A DNA stretch of 64,000 bases from Alphaproteobacteria bacterium (GTDB lineage: Bacteria; Pseudomonadota; Alphaproteobacteria; GCA-2731375), in contig CBDDPY010000002.1 of NCBI GenBank assembly GCA_965232515.1, positions 7,200,001 through 7,264,000 on the forward strand. The letters are read 5' to 3'. Positions 48,214 through 59,934 of this stretch are shown piece by piece. How positions within the stretch are numbered: the stretch's first letter is position 1; each line of letters starts with the position of its first letter. Made by a program: the position numbers and the translations under genes. A model generated the notes under the pieces. The model saw nothing but the letters and a program-made list of their open reading frames with translations, was not told the DNA's origin and did no database searches.

Positions 48214-49455
48214 CTAAAAGACCGTGCCGTCGCTCGATAACGTGATCGGCGGCTCCCCGCCGGCGCGCCGTTCGCGGGCCAGCCGGCGGCCGGCGCTCCA
48301 GGTGCCGCCTTGCAGCACCTTGGGCAGGGGCAGGGCGGTTGTGTCGAGGCCGAGACGGTCGCGCACGGCGTCCGCCACGCGGTCCAGCAGCACGACGGTT
48401 AATGCCCGCCATTCAACGATGATGTCTGAGCCAGCCTCGTGCGGCTCGTTCAGCACAGCGTCGTGCTTTGGCGCCAACAGACCGGTATCCACCATCAGCC
48501 CGCCGTTGCGGTACTCGGCGAGGCCGGTCAGCGCATCGAGGTCGGTGACCGCGATGCCGGCATCTTCGAGCGGCTCGACCAGCGAGTAGGTCAGCCATTG
48601 CGACAGCTTGTGCAGGGGCACCAGGCCGGCGGCCGGGCCGTCGCCGCCGATCTTCGGATGCGGCCAGACGTCGCCCAGATTGACCCCGTCGAGCCGAATG
48701 CGCCCGGGCCAGATCGGCTCCAGGCCCTGCAATACCGCGGCCAGGATCGCGGCCGCCGGCAGGCGACCGTTCTCTGCCTGTCCGGCGAGACGGTCGAACA
48801 GGTTGCCGATGCGCGGCGCCTCGGCGCCGAAGATCTCCGGGCTCCGTTGTAGCGCCGCGCCGAGTCCCTGCATCAACGCCGCCCGGCCCGGCAGGCCGAC
48901 GAGCGGATTGTCATCGCGGACCTGAAAAGCCGTCACGAGCGCCGCTTCGTTGAAGCTCTGGAGCGCCGCCGCGTCCGCCCGCAGCGGTGCGTCTGGCTGG
49001 CTGGAGAAGCCGCCGGCGACAAACAAATCGAAACTGGCGACCGCCAGGCCCTCGGAGCGCTGATAGCTGTTGCCCGTCGCCGCTTCGTTGTAGCGCCAGA
49101 CCGCACCGGCGCCGGCGTCGAGCAGCACGCTGGTGACCGCCAGGTCGATGCGGATACGGGCCAACTCCTCGACGCTCGTGCCGCCAAGGCTCGCCGTCAG
49201 CTGCCGCCAGCGATCGATACCGTCGAGATCGAAGTGCCGCCAACGGCTGTGGTAGGGGATGTCGAGCGTCGGATAGTCGGCCCGGATGACTTCGACCACC
49301 TTGTCCGCGGCGACGCTGAGCCGCGACGCGTCGATGGCGAAGTGATCGAGCGCGCCGGCTTCGGCCAGCGCCAGCATCTCGCCGCAGCGCTGCCGGATCG
49401 CCACCGGCGACCGTAGCCAGGCAACGGCGTCGTTCGGTTTGTTCCCGGTCGTCAC
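48214..49455 (-). CDS. URC4/Urg3 family protein (DUF1688)
   Basis: IPYHSRWRHF, SVLLDAGAG, RSEGLAVAS, HKLSQWLTYSL, TGLAEYRNGGL, EWRALTV, LQGGTW and SDGTVF. Confidence 0.93.
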   Translation of the reverse strand: MTTGNKPNDAVAWLRSPVAIRQRCGEMLALAEAGALDHFAIDASRLSVAADKVVEVIRADYPTLDIPYHSRWRHFDLDGIDRWRQLTASLGGTSVEELARIRIDLAVTSVLLDAGAGAVWRYNEAATGNSYQRSEGLAVASFDLFVAGGFSSQPDAPLRADAAALQSFNEAALVTAFQVRDDNPLVGLPGRAALMQGLGAALQRSPEIFGAEAPRIGNLFDRLAGQAENGRLPAAAILAAVLQGLEPIWPGRIRLDGVNLGDVWPHPKIGGDGPAAGLVPLHKLSQWLTYSLVEPLEDAGIAVTDLDALTGLAEYRNGGLMVDTGLLAPKHDAVLNEPHEAGSDIIVEWRALTVVLLDRVADAVRDRLGLDTTALPLPKVLQGGTWSAGRRLARERRAGGEPPITLSSDGTVF

Positions 49456-49474
49456 GTGGCCACGATAGGCTGAC

Positions 49475-50740
<1,266 letters not shown>

Positions 50741-50969
50741 GGTCCTGCACCTGAACAACTCGGAAACGGAGTCGGGTAGAATACATCAAGTCGTGCGCCG
50801 AACACCCTGAAATCTGTAGGTGTTCGGGCGCTGCGGCAGCGGCACCTGCCCGGCGCCAGCTTCGCTGTTTTTGGCTAACAAATTATGACTGTCCGCAGGC
50901 ATTGGTTGCCGGCCGCATCCGCCTTACCATCCGGCGGCCGAGTCGGAACCGGAGAGCCAGCAAATCGCA

Positions 50970-53900
50970 ATGCGCAAGCAACGTTCGAGAATCCTGACCT
51001 GGTTCAGTCGCTTTGTTGGAGCGCTGTGGCTTGCTGTCGCCGTTGGTCAATCCGCGCCGGCACAGGTAGAAGTCGAAAAACCCCTGGAGTTGCAAGCGCT
51101 TCTGCTGTTGAGCCAATCCAAGTTCGCTGACGCCGAGGCTGTGATCCAGAATCTGTTGGCGCGTCAGACGGCACGGCTCGGCGCGGACGCCGCGCCGCTT
51201 GCAAAGACCCTGAACATGCTCGGCGTGACCCAGCGACGGTTGGGCAATAACAAGGCAGCGCTCGGCGTCCTTGAGCGAGCGCTGCAAATCCGCGAGCGGA
51301 ATTTGCCGCCCATCCATCCGGATCTCGCGGTGACGCTGACCAACCTGGGCGCGGTCTACAAGGATCTCAATCGGCCGGCGGATGCCGAGGCGGCCTATGT
51401 CAGGGCGTTGGCAATCCGCGACGACGCGGCGAACCCCGACCCGAAGCAGCTGGGGCTGATCCTGAACGAGCTCGGCCTGACCCTGTTCCGCCAGGGCAAG
51501 TTCGACGCGGCGGAAGCGCGCCAGCGACGAGCCTTGGCGCTGCGCGAGGCGGCGCTCGGTCCGGCGCACAAAGATGTCGCCGCGAGCCGCAACAACCTTG
51601 CCGCGACGCTGACCGAGCAGGGCCGGTTCGACGAGGCCGAGGCGCTGTTGACGGCCTCGGTCGAGGCGATGGAGGCATCCTTTGGCCCGACACATCCGAC
51701 GCTGGTCGCGCCGCTGAACAATCTCGGCAACCTCTATATGGAGCGCGGGCTGCTGGCCCAGGCCGAGCCGTTCTACACGCGCACCGGCGGCATCGTGCGC
51801 GACAGCTTCGGCACCGATCATCCGATCCATGCGAGCTATCAGATCGGTCTCGCCGGCGTGTTCGGCGAATATGCTCGGATCGAGGACGCGGCGCAGATGT
51901 ACCGCGAGGCCATCGGCACCTATGAGCGCGTGTTGGGGCCGGACAGCCTGCAGGTCGCCGGGGCGATCAACAACTTCGCGACGACCTATATCTCCCACGG
52001 GCGCTATGACGAGGCGCAGCCGCTGCTCGAGCGGGCGCGCGAGATCTACGAGATGACGCTCGGCCCAGATCATCCGGATGTCAGCTTTCCGCTGGCCAAT
52101 CTGGGCTTCATCCGCAGCGAGCAGCAGGAATATGGCGCGGCGGATTTCTTCTATGGCAAGGCGCTGGAGATCCGCGAGGCGGCATACGGTCCGGCGCATC
52201 CGCAGGTCGCCGGCGCGCTGCGCGATCTCGGCCTTAACGCGCTTGAGCAGGACGACCTGGCGACCGCCGAGGACTATCTGACCCGCGCGCGGTCGGTGTT
52301 CGAGGCGACGGTCGGCACGGACTCGCCGCTGCTGTCGACGACCGTGCTGGGGCTTGGCCGGTTGCGGGCGGCGCAGGGGCGGTTCGAAGAGGCCGAGCGC
52401 CTGTTCGAGCGCGCGCTGGACCTGACCCGGGAGACGTTCGGTGACGACCATCCCAGTTTCGCCCACGCATTGTCGCGCATGGCCGAGGCCTATGTCGCGC
52501 AAGGCCAACTGGATATCGGTCTGCGCGCGGCGCGTGCGGCAACCGAGGTGATGCGTGGCCGCGCCGACCGCATGCGCAGCAGCCGCTCGCGCGCGGCGCA
52601 GAACGAGCTGACCGCCGCGCGCGATCTGTTCGCGACGCATGTGGCGGCAATCGCCGATCGGTTGCCGGGTGCCGACGATGATGCGACGGCGCTGATCGCC
52701 GAAGCTTTCCAGGTGGCGCAGCTGGCGCGGGCCAGCAAGGCCTCCACGGCCGTGGCGGCGATGGCGGCGCGGTTCGCCGCCGGCGATGACGCGCTTGCCC
52801 GGGCGGTCCGCGAACGCCAGGACACGCTCGCCTTCTGGCGCAATGTCGATCGCCGCCTCATCGACGCCTTGAGCCGGGAAGGCGTCGAGCGCGATCTGGC
52901 GCTGGAGAGGCGGTTGCGGGAGCGGCGCGATGCGCTGTTGGCCGAGTTGACGGCGCGGGATCGCGCGCTGGCGACAGAGTTTCCGTCCTATGTCGAACTT
53001 ACCGGCGCGGAGCCGCTCGATCCGGCCGGCGTGCAGGCGCTGCTCGGTCCGGACGAGGCGTTGATGGGCCTGTTCGTCACGCCGGATGCGACCCATGTCT
53101 GGATCGTGCGCCGGCAGGGGGTGTTCATGTTCCGCGCCGAGATCGACGAAGCCGAGATCGTCGAGTTGGTGGCGGCGATCCGCGAGACCGTCGATCCCTT
53201 CGAGGTCGCGCGGACGGGCGTGCTGCCGACGTTTGCCGTTAAGGAGGCGCATACGCTCTATCGTCGGATCTTCGCGCCGGCGGAAGCGGAGCTGTCGGGC
53301 ATTCGCCACCTCTTCGTGGTGCCGGACGGCGCGCTGCAAAGCCTGCCGCTGGGCGTTCTGATAACCGAACCGCCGGATAAATCGGTGGGCGGTCTGGCGG
53401 ACTATCGCGATCTTGCCTGGCTGGCCACGCGCCGGGCGACCACGGTGCTGCCGTCGGTCGCCTCGCTGCGCGCGCTGCGGCGCTTCGTCCAGCGTTCGCA
53501 AGCAAAGCGGCCATTCATCGGCTACGGCGATCCGACCCTCTCCGGCGATGCCGGTTCGACGCGGGGCATCGAGGTTCGGGCGCTGTTCACGCGGGGCGGC
53601 TACGCCAATGTCGACGTGCTGCGTCAACTGAGCCCGCTGCCCGATACCGCCGACGAGCTGCGGGCACTGGCCCAGACCATGGGCGCGGCGGAGGGCGCCT
53701 TGCGGCTGGGCGCGGCGGCGACGGAATCGTCCGTGCGCAGCGATTCGCTGGCCGACTACCGCATCATCGCCTTCGCCACCCATGGACTGGCGGCCGGCGA
53801 TTTCGAAGACGTATCGGAACCCGCCCTGGTGTTGACGCCGCCGGCGGAAGCGAGCCTGGCCGACGACGGCCTGCTGACGGCAAGCGAGATCACGCAGCTT

Positions 53901-54239
53901 CCGCTCGATGCGGACTGGGTCATCCTGTCGGCCTGCAACACGGCGGCGCCCGACGGCACACCCGGCGCCGAAGGCCTGTCGGGATTGGCCAAAGCGTTTT
54001 TCTTTGCCGGCACGCGGTCGCTTTTGGTGTCGCATTGGCCGGTCGCGTCGGACGCCACGCGGGAGCTGACGACGACGATGCTTTCGGAAGCGATGGGGGA
54101 CGAGTCCGTCGGCAGGGCCGAGGCGTTGCGGCGGTCGATCCTGCGGCTGATGTCGCTGGAAACGCGGCCGGAATATGCCCACCCGTTGTTCTGGGCGCCG
54201 TTCGTCGTTGTGGGCGAGGGCGGTGTCGCCTCGGGCTAG
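50970..54239 (+). CDS. Signal-peptide TPR-CHAT (caspase-fold) protease
   Basis: Sec-type leader; about 12 42-aa TPR repeats with (L/F)GPxHP linkers; CHAT motifs VPDGALQSLP, FATHG (H938), VILSACNT (C989), SHWPV and HPLFWAPF. Confidence 0.93.
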   Translation: MRKQRSRILTWFSRFVGALWLAVAVGQSAPAQVEVEKPLELQALLLLSQSKFADAEAVIQNLLARQTARLGADAAPLAKTLNMLGVTQRRLGNNKAALGVLERALQIRERNLPPIHPDLAVTLTNLGAVYKDLNRPADAEAAYVRALAIRDDAANPDPKQLGLILNELGLTLFRQGKFDAAEARQRRALALREAALGPAHKDVAASRNNLAATLTEQGRFDEAEALLTASVEAMEASFGPTHPTLVAPLNNLGNLYMERGLLAQAEPFYTRTGGIVRDSFGTDHPIHASYQIGLAGVFGEYARIEDAAQMYREAIGTYERVLGPDSLQVAGAINNFATTYISHGRYDEAQPLLERAREIYEMTLGPDHPDVSFPLANLGFIRSEQQEYGAADFFYGKALEIREAAYGPAHPQVAGALRDLGLNALEQDDLATAEDYLTRARSVFEATVGTDSPLLSTTVLGLGRLRAAQGRFEEAERLFERALDLTRETFGDDHPSFAHALSRMAEAYVAQGQLDIGLRAARAATEVMRGRADRMRSSRSRAAQNELTAARDLFATHVAAIADRLPGADDDATALIAEAFQVAQLARASKASTAVAAMAARFAAGDDALARAVRERQDTLAFWRNVDRRLIDALSREGVERDLALERRLRERRDALLAELTARDRALATEFPSYVELTGAEPLDPAGVQALLGPDEALMGLFVTPDATHVWIVRRQGVFMFRAEIDEAEIVELVAAIRETVDPFEVARTGVLPTFAVKEAHTLYRRIFAPAEAELSGIRHLFVVPDGALQSLPLGVLITEPPDKSVGGLADYRDLAWLATRRATTVLPSVASLRALRRFVQRSQAKRPFIGYGDPTLSGDAGSTRGIEVRALFTRGGYANVDVLRQLSPLPDTADELRALAQTMGAAEGALRLGAAATESSVRSDSLADYRIIAFATHGLAAGDFEDVSEPALVLTPPAEASLADDGLLTASEITQLPLDADWVILSACNTAAPDGTPGAEGLSGLAKAFFFAGTRSLLVSHWPVASDATRELTTTMLSEAMGDESVGRAEALRRSILRLMSLETRPEYAHPLFWAPFVVVGEGGVASG

Positions 54240-54243
54240 TCGT

Positions 54244-57200
54244 CTACTGCCAGGGCGAGCGATTGAAATCCCTGAGCCCGGGATACGCCGTGTCGGCGCC
54301 GGACAGCGGTTCGACCAGGCGATAGTCCCGGCTGAACTGGGCGGCCGACGTCGCGGCGAGGCCTGGATCTTCGCTTCGACCGCCATCGGTTGGCGAGGTC
54401 GACGCATATAGGGCGGTGATGCGGATCGTGGCCTCGGCGTCATCAGCCGGTTCACCGGCGCTCGCCGCCGTGGCGCGATCGCCGTCGCCGGTCTCGGTAT
54501 CTTCGTCGTCTTCGTTGTTGGCGGCGCCGGAGGCGCCGCTGGCGGGCTCGATTGCCGCTGCCTCCTGCGGCGACAGCTCCTGATCCGGATTGCGGTCGGG
54601 CGTACCGAAGCTGTCGGCGATCTGCACCGGCCCTGGCGCGGTATCGCCGGCCGCGAAGCCGCTGCCGCCTTCACGCACCTCGGTGCCGCTGCGCGCGGCG
54701 ACGACAATGGTTCCACCGCCGCCGGTGCCGCCCGGCTGGGCGACAACCGTGGTGCCGGAGTCCTCGGCTTGCTTGGCAAGCGCGATCAGGGCGCGCGCCT
54801 CTTCGACCGAGAGGCCGAGTTGCGCCGCCAGATCCTGCTCGCTGCTGATCGTGATCGGCACCGGCACGATGTCCCTGCCACCGAAACCGAAGTCGGCCTG
54901 GGGTTCGGGCGGCGTGGTGATGGTGGTGCGGGTGATGACGAAGTTTTCGAGGTTCAGGATGTCGATGCCGTTGAAGAAAAACGGTCCGCGCAGCGAGTCG
55001 TCGTTGATCAGAAAGATGTCGATCAGGCGCGCGCCGCCGATGCCGCTGTCGCCGCCGACGCTGCCCTTGAGGTCGGCGGTGCTGGTGCCGGACACCCGCA
55101 GGCTCTGCGTGGTGACCGAGGCGTTGATGTCCTGAGTGGTGATCAATTCGCTGACGCCGCCGGCGGCCACGGTCGCGGTGATGCCACTGCCCCCGGTCAG
55201 CGTCACTTTACCCGTAGCATTGACCTCGGCATTGATGCGCTCGGATGAATTGAGGCTGACCTGGCTCAGATTTGGATCCGCGCCGGTGCTGTCGTAACGG
55301 CCGATGATATTGCCGCCGCTGACGGTCAACCCCGTGGTCGCCGTCGCATTGACATCGATGTCGCCGGTCATGTCGATCAGGATGCTGCTGGCCGACTGCA
55401 GATCGCCATCGAGGTCGGCCGCGCCGCGGATGCTGATGCCGCCGGTCGCGTCGAGGCCGCTACTTGCGCCGCGGCCGAGCGAGATCCGCCGGCTCGCCGT
55501 CAGGCTCGTGCCGGTGACGCTGGCGCCCTGGTTGAACAGGATGTCGCGGGCGCTAAAGACGCCGATGAACGGCCGCGTGCCACTGCCGACCGCGCCATTG
55601 AAGATAACGTCGTTGCCGCCGGCCACCGTCGACAGCGACGCAGGGCCGTCAACGGCGCCATTGAAGACGACGGGCCCCTGCGTCACTTGCAGTGACGCCG
55701 TGTTCAACAGGCTGACATCGCCATTGAAGGTGACGCCGCCGCCGGTGGCGAATGCCAGGCTGCCGCCGGCCGCATCGAACAGGATGGGGCCGGCGAAGCT
55801 GGAGTCGGTGTCGCCGGCCTGCAGGGTGACATCGTCTCGGAAGCGCACGGCGCCCGAAGCGGTGATGCCGGAGCGCGCGAAGAGCTGGCCGTTGAAGACG
55901 GTTTCGCCCTGGGACCGCAGGTCGAGCGCCGCGCCGGCGCCGGTGCCGATCTGCACCAGGAATGTGTCGCCACCGGAAACGAAGCGGCCGACATCGGCGT
56001 TGAACACCGTATCGGCGGTGCCGGAATCGATGGTCACGTTCTGGATGCCCTGCAGCACGCCGTTGACGACGATCTGGTCGTTCGATGTCGCGATGGTCGC
56101 CGGCCCGAGCAGCACGGTGATGCGGTCCTCGGCGCCGCTGCCGAGCGTCAGCGGGCCGTTTGCCGTCAACGCGGCGTCCAGCAGTCGGACATCGCCGGCG
56201 AACGAAACGCCGGCAGTGCCGCTGTCCAGCGACCGGGTGCCGGCAAGGTTGACCGGCCCGGCAAAAGCGATGACGTCGTTGCTGGTGGTGATGTCCGACG
56301 CGAGCGACGTGGTGCCGCCGCCATCCTGATGGAAAGCGCCGTCGAGGTTCAGGTCGGCGACGATCGACAGGTCGCCGGTATTGCCGATACGAACACCGCC
56401 GCCATTGCTGGTCGTCACGCCGGCATTGATGTCGAAGGCGTTGCCGGCAAGGTCGATGCCGGCGGCGCCGCTGGTGTTCAAGGTGCCGGCGAAGGTCGTC
56501 GTGCCGCTGCCGGCGGCCTGGCGCAGGCTGCCGGCCGTCACGGCGTTCAAGTTCACGTCGCGGGCGCTGTTGATGGTCAGCGCGCCGAGCCGGGCGATGC
56601 CGCCGGCCGCGGCCTGGAGGGCGATATCTCCCGCGCCCGCCGTCAGGGCGAGGTTCTGACCGCCGTCGAGCGTGTCGGCGAACGTGATGTCGCCGCCGCT
56701 GCTGTTCAGCGCCGCGGCGCTGGTCAACGAAACAGCGCTGGCGAAGCTGATGGCGTCGCCTGTGGTGGCGATATTGCCGGCAAGCGACACGCCGCCGGCG
56801 CCGTCCTGTGCGAACGCGCCGTCCAGATCGAGATCGGTCGCGGGGCCGAAGCTGAGCGTGCCCGCATTGGTGATGCGCATACCGCCGCCGTTGCTTGCCG
56901 TGACACCGACGTTGATAGCGAAGGCATTGCCGTCGAGATCGACGCCGCTGCCCGTGTTTGTGTTGAGCGCGCCGTTGAAGGTGGTGGTGCCACTGCCAGC
57001 GACCTGCCGCAGGCTGGCCGCCCGGACGGACGTCGTGCTGACATTGCGGGCACTGTTGATCGTGACCGCGCCCACGCGGTTGCTGCCGCCGACCGCCGAC
57101 TGGAACGTGATGTCGCCGCCGCCCGCCGTCAGCGCGATGTTGCGGTTGCCGTTCAGCGTATTCGCGAAATCGATATCGCCGCCGCCTGTGCTGAGCGCGA

Positions 57201-59934
57201 CATTGCCGGTAAGCGTAACCGGTCCGGCAAAGCCGATGGCATCGCCGGTTGTCGTAATGTCGCCGGCGAGCGACACCGCGCCGGTGCCGTCCTGCGCGAA
57301 GGCGCCGTCGAGGTTGAGATCGGCGGCTGCGCCGAGGCTCAGATTGCCGCTGTTGGTGATGCGGATGCCGCCATCGTTGCTGGTTGACGCGCCGGCAGTG
57401 AGAGCGAAGGCATTGCCGTCGAGATCGATGCCGGCGCTGCCGTTGGTGTTGAGCGCGCCGTCGAATCTTGTCGTGCCGCTCCCCGCGACCTGGCGCAGGC
57501 TCGCCGCCCGGATCGAGGTTGAGGTGACGTCGCGGGCGCTATTGACCGTCAGCGCCGCCAACCGGCTATTGCCGCCAGCGGCGGCTTGGAAGTCGATGTC
57601 GCCGCTGCCGGCTGTCAGCGCCAGGTTTTGACCGCCGTCGAGCGTGCCGGCGAAGGTAATGTTGCCGCCGCCGCTACCGGTGTCGAGCGCAACATTGCCC
57701 GTCAGTGTCACGGGACCGGTAAAGCTTATGGCGTCGCCCGTCGTTGTGATGTCGCCAGCCAGCGAGACGGCGCCGGCGGCGGTCTGGGCGAAGGCGCCAT
57801 CCAGATTCAGGTCGGCCGCCGCCGCGATGGTCAGGTTGCCACTGTTGGCGATGCGAACGCCGCCGCCATTGCCGGTGCTGATGCCCGCGTTAAGCGCGAA
57901 GGCATTGCCGGTGAGGTTGACGCCGGCCCCGGTATTGGTGTTCAGCGCGCCGTTGAATGTCGTGGTGCCACTGCCTGCGACCTGACGCAGGCTGGTCGCC
58001 GTGATCGCGTTGGCCGTGACATTGCGGGCGCTGTCGATCCGCAGCGCGTCCAAGCGGCTGCTGCTGCCGACCGTGCCTTGCAGGGCGATATCGCCGCCGC
58101 CGGCCGCCAGCGTCAGATCCTGGCCGCCATTCAGCGTGCCGGCAAAGGTGATGTCGCCGCCGTCGCTGGCGATCGTCACGTTGTCGTTCAACGTGGCCGG
58201 GCCGCTCACCGTCACGTCGGCATTCGATGTGGTGATGTCGGCGCCCAATGCGATGCTGCCGCTGCCGCCGTTCACATCGAGCGCGACGGCGCCGCCGGAC
58301 TGGTTGCCGCCCGCCGTGTCGAGCGCGGCATTGACGGCGATCGAGCCGTTCGCCTGGGTTGTGCCGGGGTCGTTGGCGCTGAGCGTGATGTCGCCCCCGC
58401 GCGTGGTGATGCCGGCGTTGACCGTGATATTACGGCCGGCCTGCGCCGTCAGGCCGGCGCCGTTGGTCGTCAAGTTGACGGCGTCGTCGATGGTGATGTC
58501 CTCGGTCGCCTGCAGCACGACGCTCGCCATCACCGCGTCCAGCGTCGCGGGCGCAATCACCAGCGCCGCGTCGGGATCGTCGCCAAAGGCGTCGACATCG
58601 CCGGCCGCGGCCGCACCGCCAGCCTTGACGGTGATGTTGCGCGGGTCGAGCAGCAGCGTGCCGGCCGCGCCAGCCGGCGCGCTGGCATCGACCGCACCGG
58701 CGAATTGCAGGCGTTCCTTACCGGAGACCTCGACGAAGCCGCCGTCGCCGCCGGCCGCGCCGCCCCGGGCGCTGACGGTGCCGCGGAACCGCGTGGTGTC
58801 GTCGGCCCAGATCACGACATCGCCACCATGGCCGGCGTCGAGCGCGTCGGCTTCGATCCGGGCGGTGGCCGCGATCAACGTGGTCTCGGCCTGCCGATCC
58901 GGTCCCTGCCCGTGCAGGTCGCCGCCGATCTTGACGCTTCCGCCGCCGGCCCGGCCCGAGGCCAGCACAACCGTGTCGTCGGCGAGCGAAACCCGCCGGC
59001 CGCGGACCTCGACCCGGCCACCCGTGGTGCCGGCGGCCTGGCCCGAGACGTCGAGCCGGCCCGCGACGCGCGTCTCGCCGTTGCCGCCGCGCAGGCGGAT
59101 CACGCCATTGCTGCTGGCGACGCTGCGGGCCTCGATCACACCGGTCATGTTGATGGCCTGGTCGAAGGCCGATTTCACGGCCTCAGCGCTCAACGTCACC
59201 ACGCCGCCGTCGGCGGCGATCAACCCGTCGTTGACGATGCGCGCGCCGTCACCGCCGGACGGCGCCTCGGTCAGCATCACTTCGACCAGGCTGTCGCCGT
59301 AGGGATCGAGGGTGAAGGCCTCACCCGAGGCCAGCGTCACGCGGCCGAGGCGCGCGCGGATCTGACCGGTATTGGCGACCCAGGGCGCCACCATCGCCAC
59401 CAGTCCGTGATCGGCGACGGTGATCTCGCCCTCGTTGCGGACAATCGCGTCGGGTTGCCCCGGCAGGTCGAACACGAACCGACCGGCCATGGCGTCCGAA
59501 TTGCGGATATCGGCGGTGGAGGCGACCAGGCCGGCGACGTCGATCCGGGCGCTGGGACTGAAGATGACGCCGTGCGGATTGATCAGCATGACCGTGCCGT
59601 TTGCCGTCAACCGGCCGTGGATCTGCGACGCGCCGCCGGCCGTGACACGGTTGAGGGCGACGGCGCTGCTGGAGGGTTGGGCGAAGTTGGTGTGCTCGTC
59701 GGCGCCGATATCGAAGGACCGCCAGTCGATGACCGCGCGCGGCGTATGCTGGATCACGTCGAGACGCTTCGGCCCGGTCTCGACAATGGTCGCGCTGCCG
59801 CCGACGACCTGGCCGCCCTGCGGATTGGCGAGCGCTGTCGTCGACAACAGGAAGCCGACCAGCGACACCGTCAGCGCTTTACGCCGGAGCAGTGTGTGCG
59901 ATCCACCAGCAAATGACGTCGGTCGTATTAACAA
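54244..59934 (-). CDS. Filamentous-hemagglutinin-like two-partner secretion exoprotein (TpsA)
   Basis: Signal peptide ending ALA-NP; TPS domain (WRSFDI, ALNRV, LINPHGVIF); GGFVEVSG...GTLLLDP; G/A/T/N-rich beta-helix repeats. The first in-frame start after the upstream stop is TTG 59934. Confidence 0.93.
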   Translation of the reverse strand: MLIRPTSFAGGSHTLLRRKALTVSLVGFLLSTTALANPQGGQVVGGSATIVETGPKRLDVIQHTPRAVIDWRSFDIGADEHTNFAQPSSSAVALNRVTAGGASQIHGRLTANGTVMLINPHGVIFSPSARIDVAGLVASTADIRNSDAMAGRFVFDLPGQPDAIVRNEGEITVADHGLVAMVAPWVANTGQIRARLGRVTLASGEAFTLDPYGDSLVEVMLTEAPSGGDGARIVNDGLIAADGGVVTLSAEAVKSAFDQAINMTGVIEARSVASSNGVIRLRGGNGETRVAGRLDVSGQAAGTTGGRVEVRGRRVSLADDTVVLASGRAGGGSVKIGGDLHGQGPDRQAETTLIAATARIEADALDAGHGGDVVIWADDTTRFRGTVSARGGAAGGDGGFVEVSGKERLQFAGAVDASAPAGAAGTLLLDPRNITVKAGGAAAAGDVDAFGDDPDAALVIAPATLDAVMASVVLQATEDITIDDAVNLTTNGAGLTAQAGRNITVNAGITTRGGDITLSANDPGTTQANGSIAVNAALDTAGGNQSGGAVALDVNGGSGSIALGADITTSNADVTVSGPATLNDNVTIASDGGDITFAGTLNGGQDLTLAAGGGDIALQGTVGSSSRLDALRIDSARNVTANAITATSLRQVAGSGTTTFNGALNTNTGAGVNLTGNAFALNAGISTGNGGGVRIANSGNLTIAAAADLNLDGAFAQTAAGAVSLAGDITTTGDAISFTGPVTLTGNVALDTGSGGGNITFAGTLDGGQNLALTAGSGDIDFQAAAGGNSRLAALTVNSARDVTSTSIRAASLRQVAGSGTTRFDGALNTNGSAGIDLDGNAFALTAGASTSNDGGIRITNSGNLSLGAAADLNLDGAFAQDGTGAVSLAGDITTTGDAIGFAGPVTLTGNVALSTGGGDIDFANTLNGNRNIALTAGGGDITFQSAVGGSNRVGAVTINSARNVSTTSVRAASLRQVAGSGTTTFNGALNTNTGSGVDLDGNAFAINVGVTASNGGGMRITNAGTLSFGPATDLDLDGAFAQDGAGGVSLAGNIATTGDAISFASAVSLTSAAALNSSGGDITFADTLDGGQNLALTAGAGDIALQAAAGGIARLGALTINSARDVNLNAVTAGSLRQAAGSGTTTFAGTLNTSGAAGIDLAGNAFDINAGVTTSNGGGVRIGNTGDLSIVADLNLDGAFHQDGGGTTSLASDITTSNDVIAFAGPVNLAGTRSLDSGTAGVSFAGDVRLLDAALTANGPLTLGSGAEDRITVLLGPATIATSNDQIVVNGVLQGIQNVTIDSGTADTVFNADVGRFVSGGDTFLVQIGTGAGAALDLRSQGETVFNGQLFARSGITASGAVRFRDDVTLQAGDTDSSFAGPILFDAAGGSLAFATGGGVTFNGDVSLLNTASLQVTQGPVVFNGAVDGPASLSTVAGGNDVIFNGAVGSGTRPFIGVFSARDILFNQGASVTGTSLTASRRISLGRGASSGLDATGGISIRGAADLDGDLQSASSILIDMTGDIDVNATATTGLTVSGGNIIGRYDSTGADPNLSQVSLNSSERINAEVNATGKVTLTGGSGITATVAAGGVSELITTQDINASVTTQSLRVSGTSTADLKGSVGGDSGIGGARLIDIFLINDDSLRGPFFFNGIDILNLENFVITRTTITTPPEPQADFGFGGRDIVPVPITISSEQDLAAQLGLSVEEARALIALAKQAEDSGTTVVAQPGGTGGGGTIVVAARSGTEVREGGSGFAAGDTAPGPVQIADSFGTPDRNPDQELSPQEAAAIEPASGASGAANNEDDEDTETGDGDRATAASAGEPADDAEATIRITALYASTSPTDGGRSEDPGLAATSAAQFSRDYRLVEPLSGADTAYPGLRDFNRSPWQ
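56220..58160 (-). repeat. Four tandem 162-164 aa repeats inside TpsA
   Basis: Anchor SLRQ(V/A)AGSGTT recurs at plus-strand positions 57987, 57495, 57009 and 56523 (periods 492, 486 and 486 bp). Confidence 0.9.

Noticed and set aside
50970-54239. CRISPR-associated (Craspase-type) or anti-phage CHAT protease
   Set aside because: No cas genes, array, gasdermin or NLR-like partner nearby, and the protein has an export signal.
50883-54779. 1298-aa minus-strand ORF
   Set aside because: Antisense shadow of the TPR-CHAT gene; Arg/Pro-rich with no motifs, as expected in high-GC DNA.
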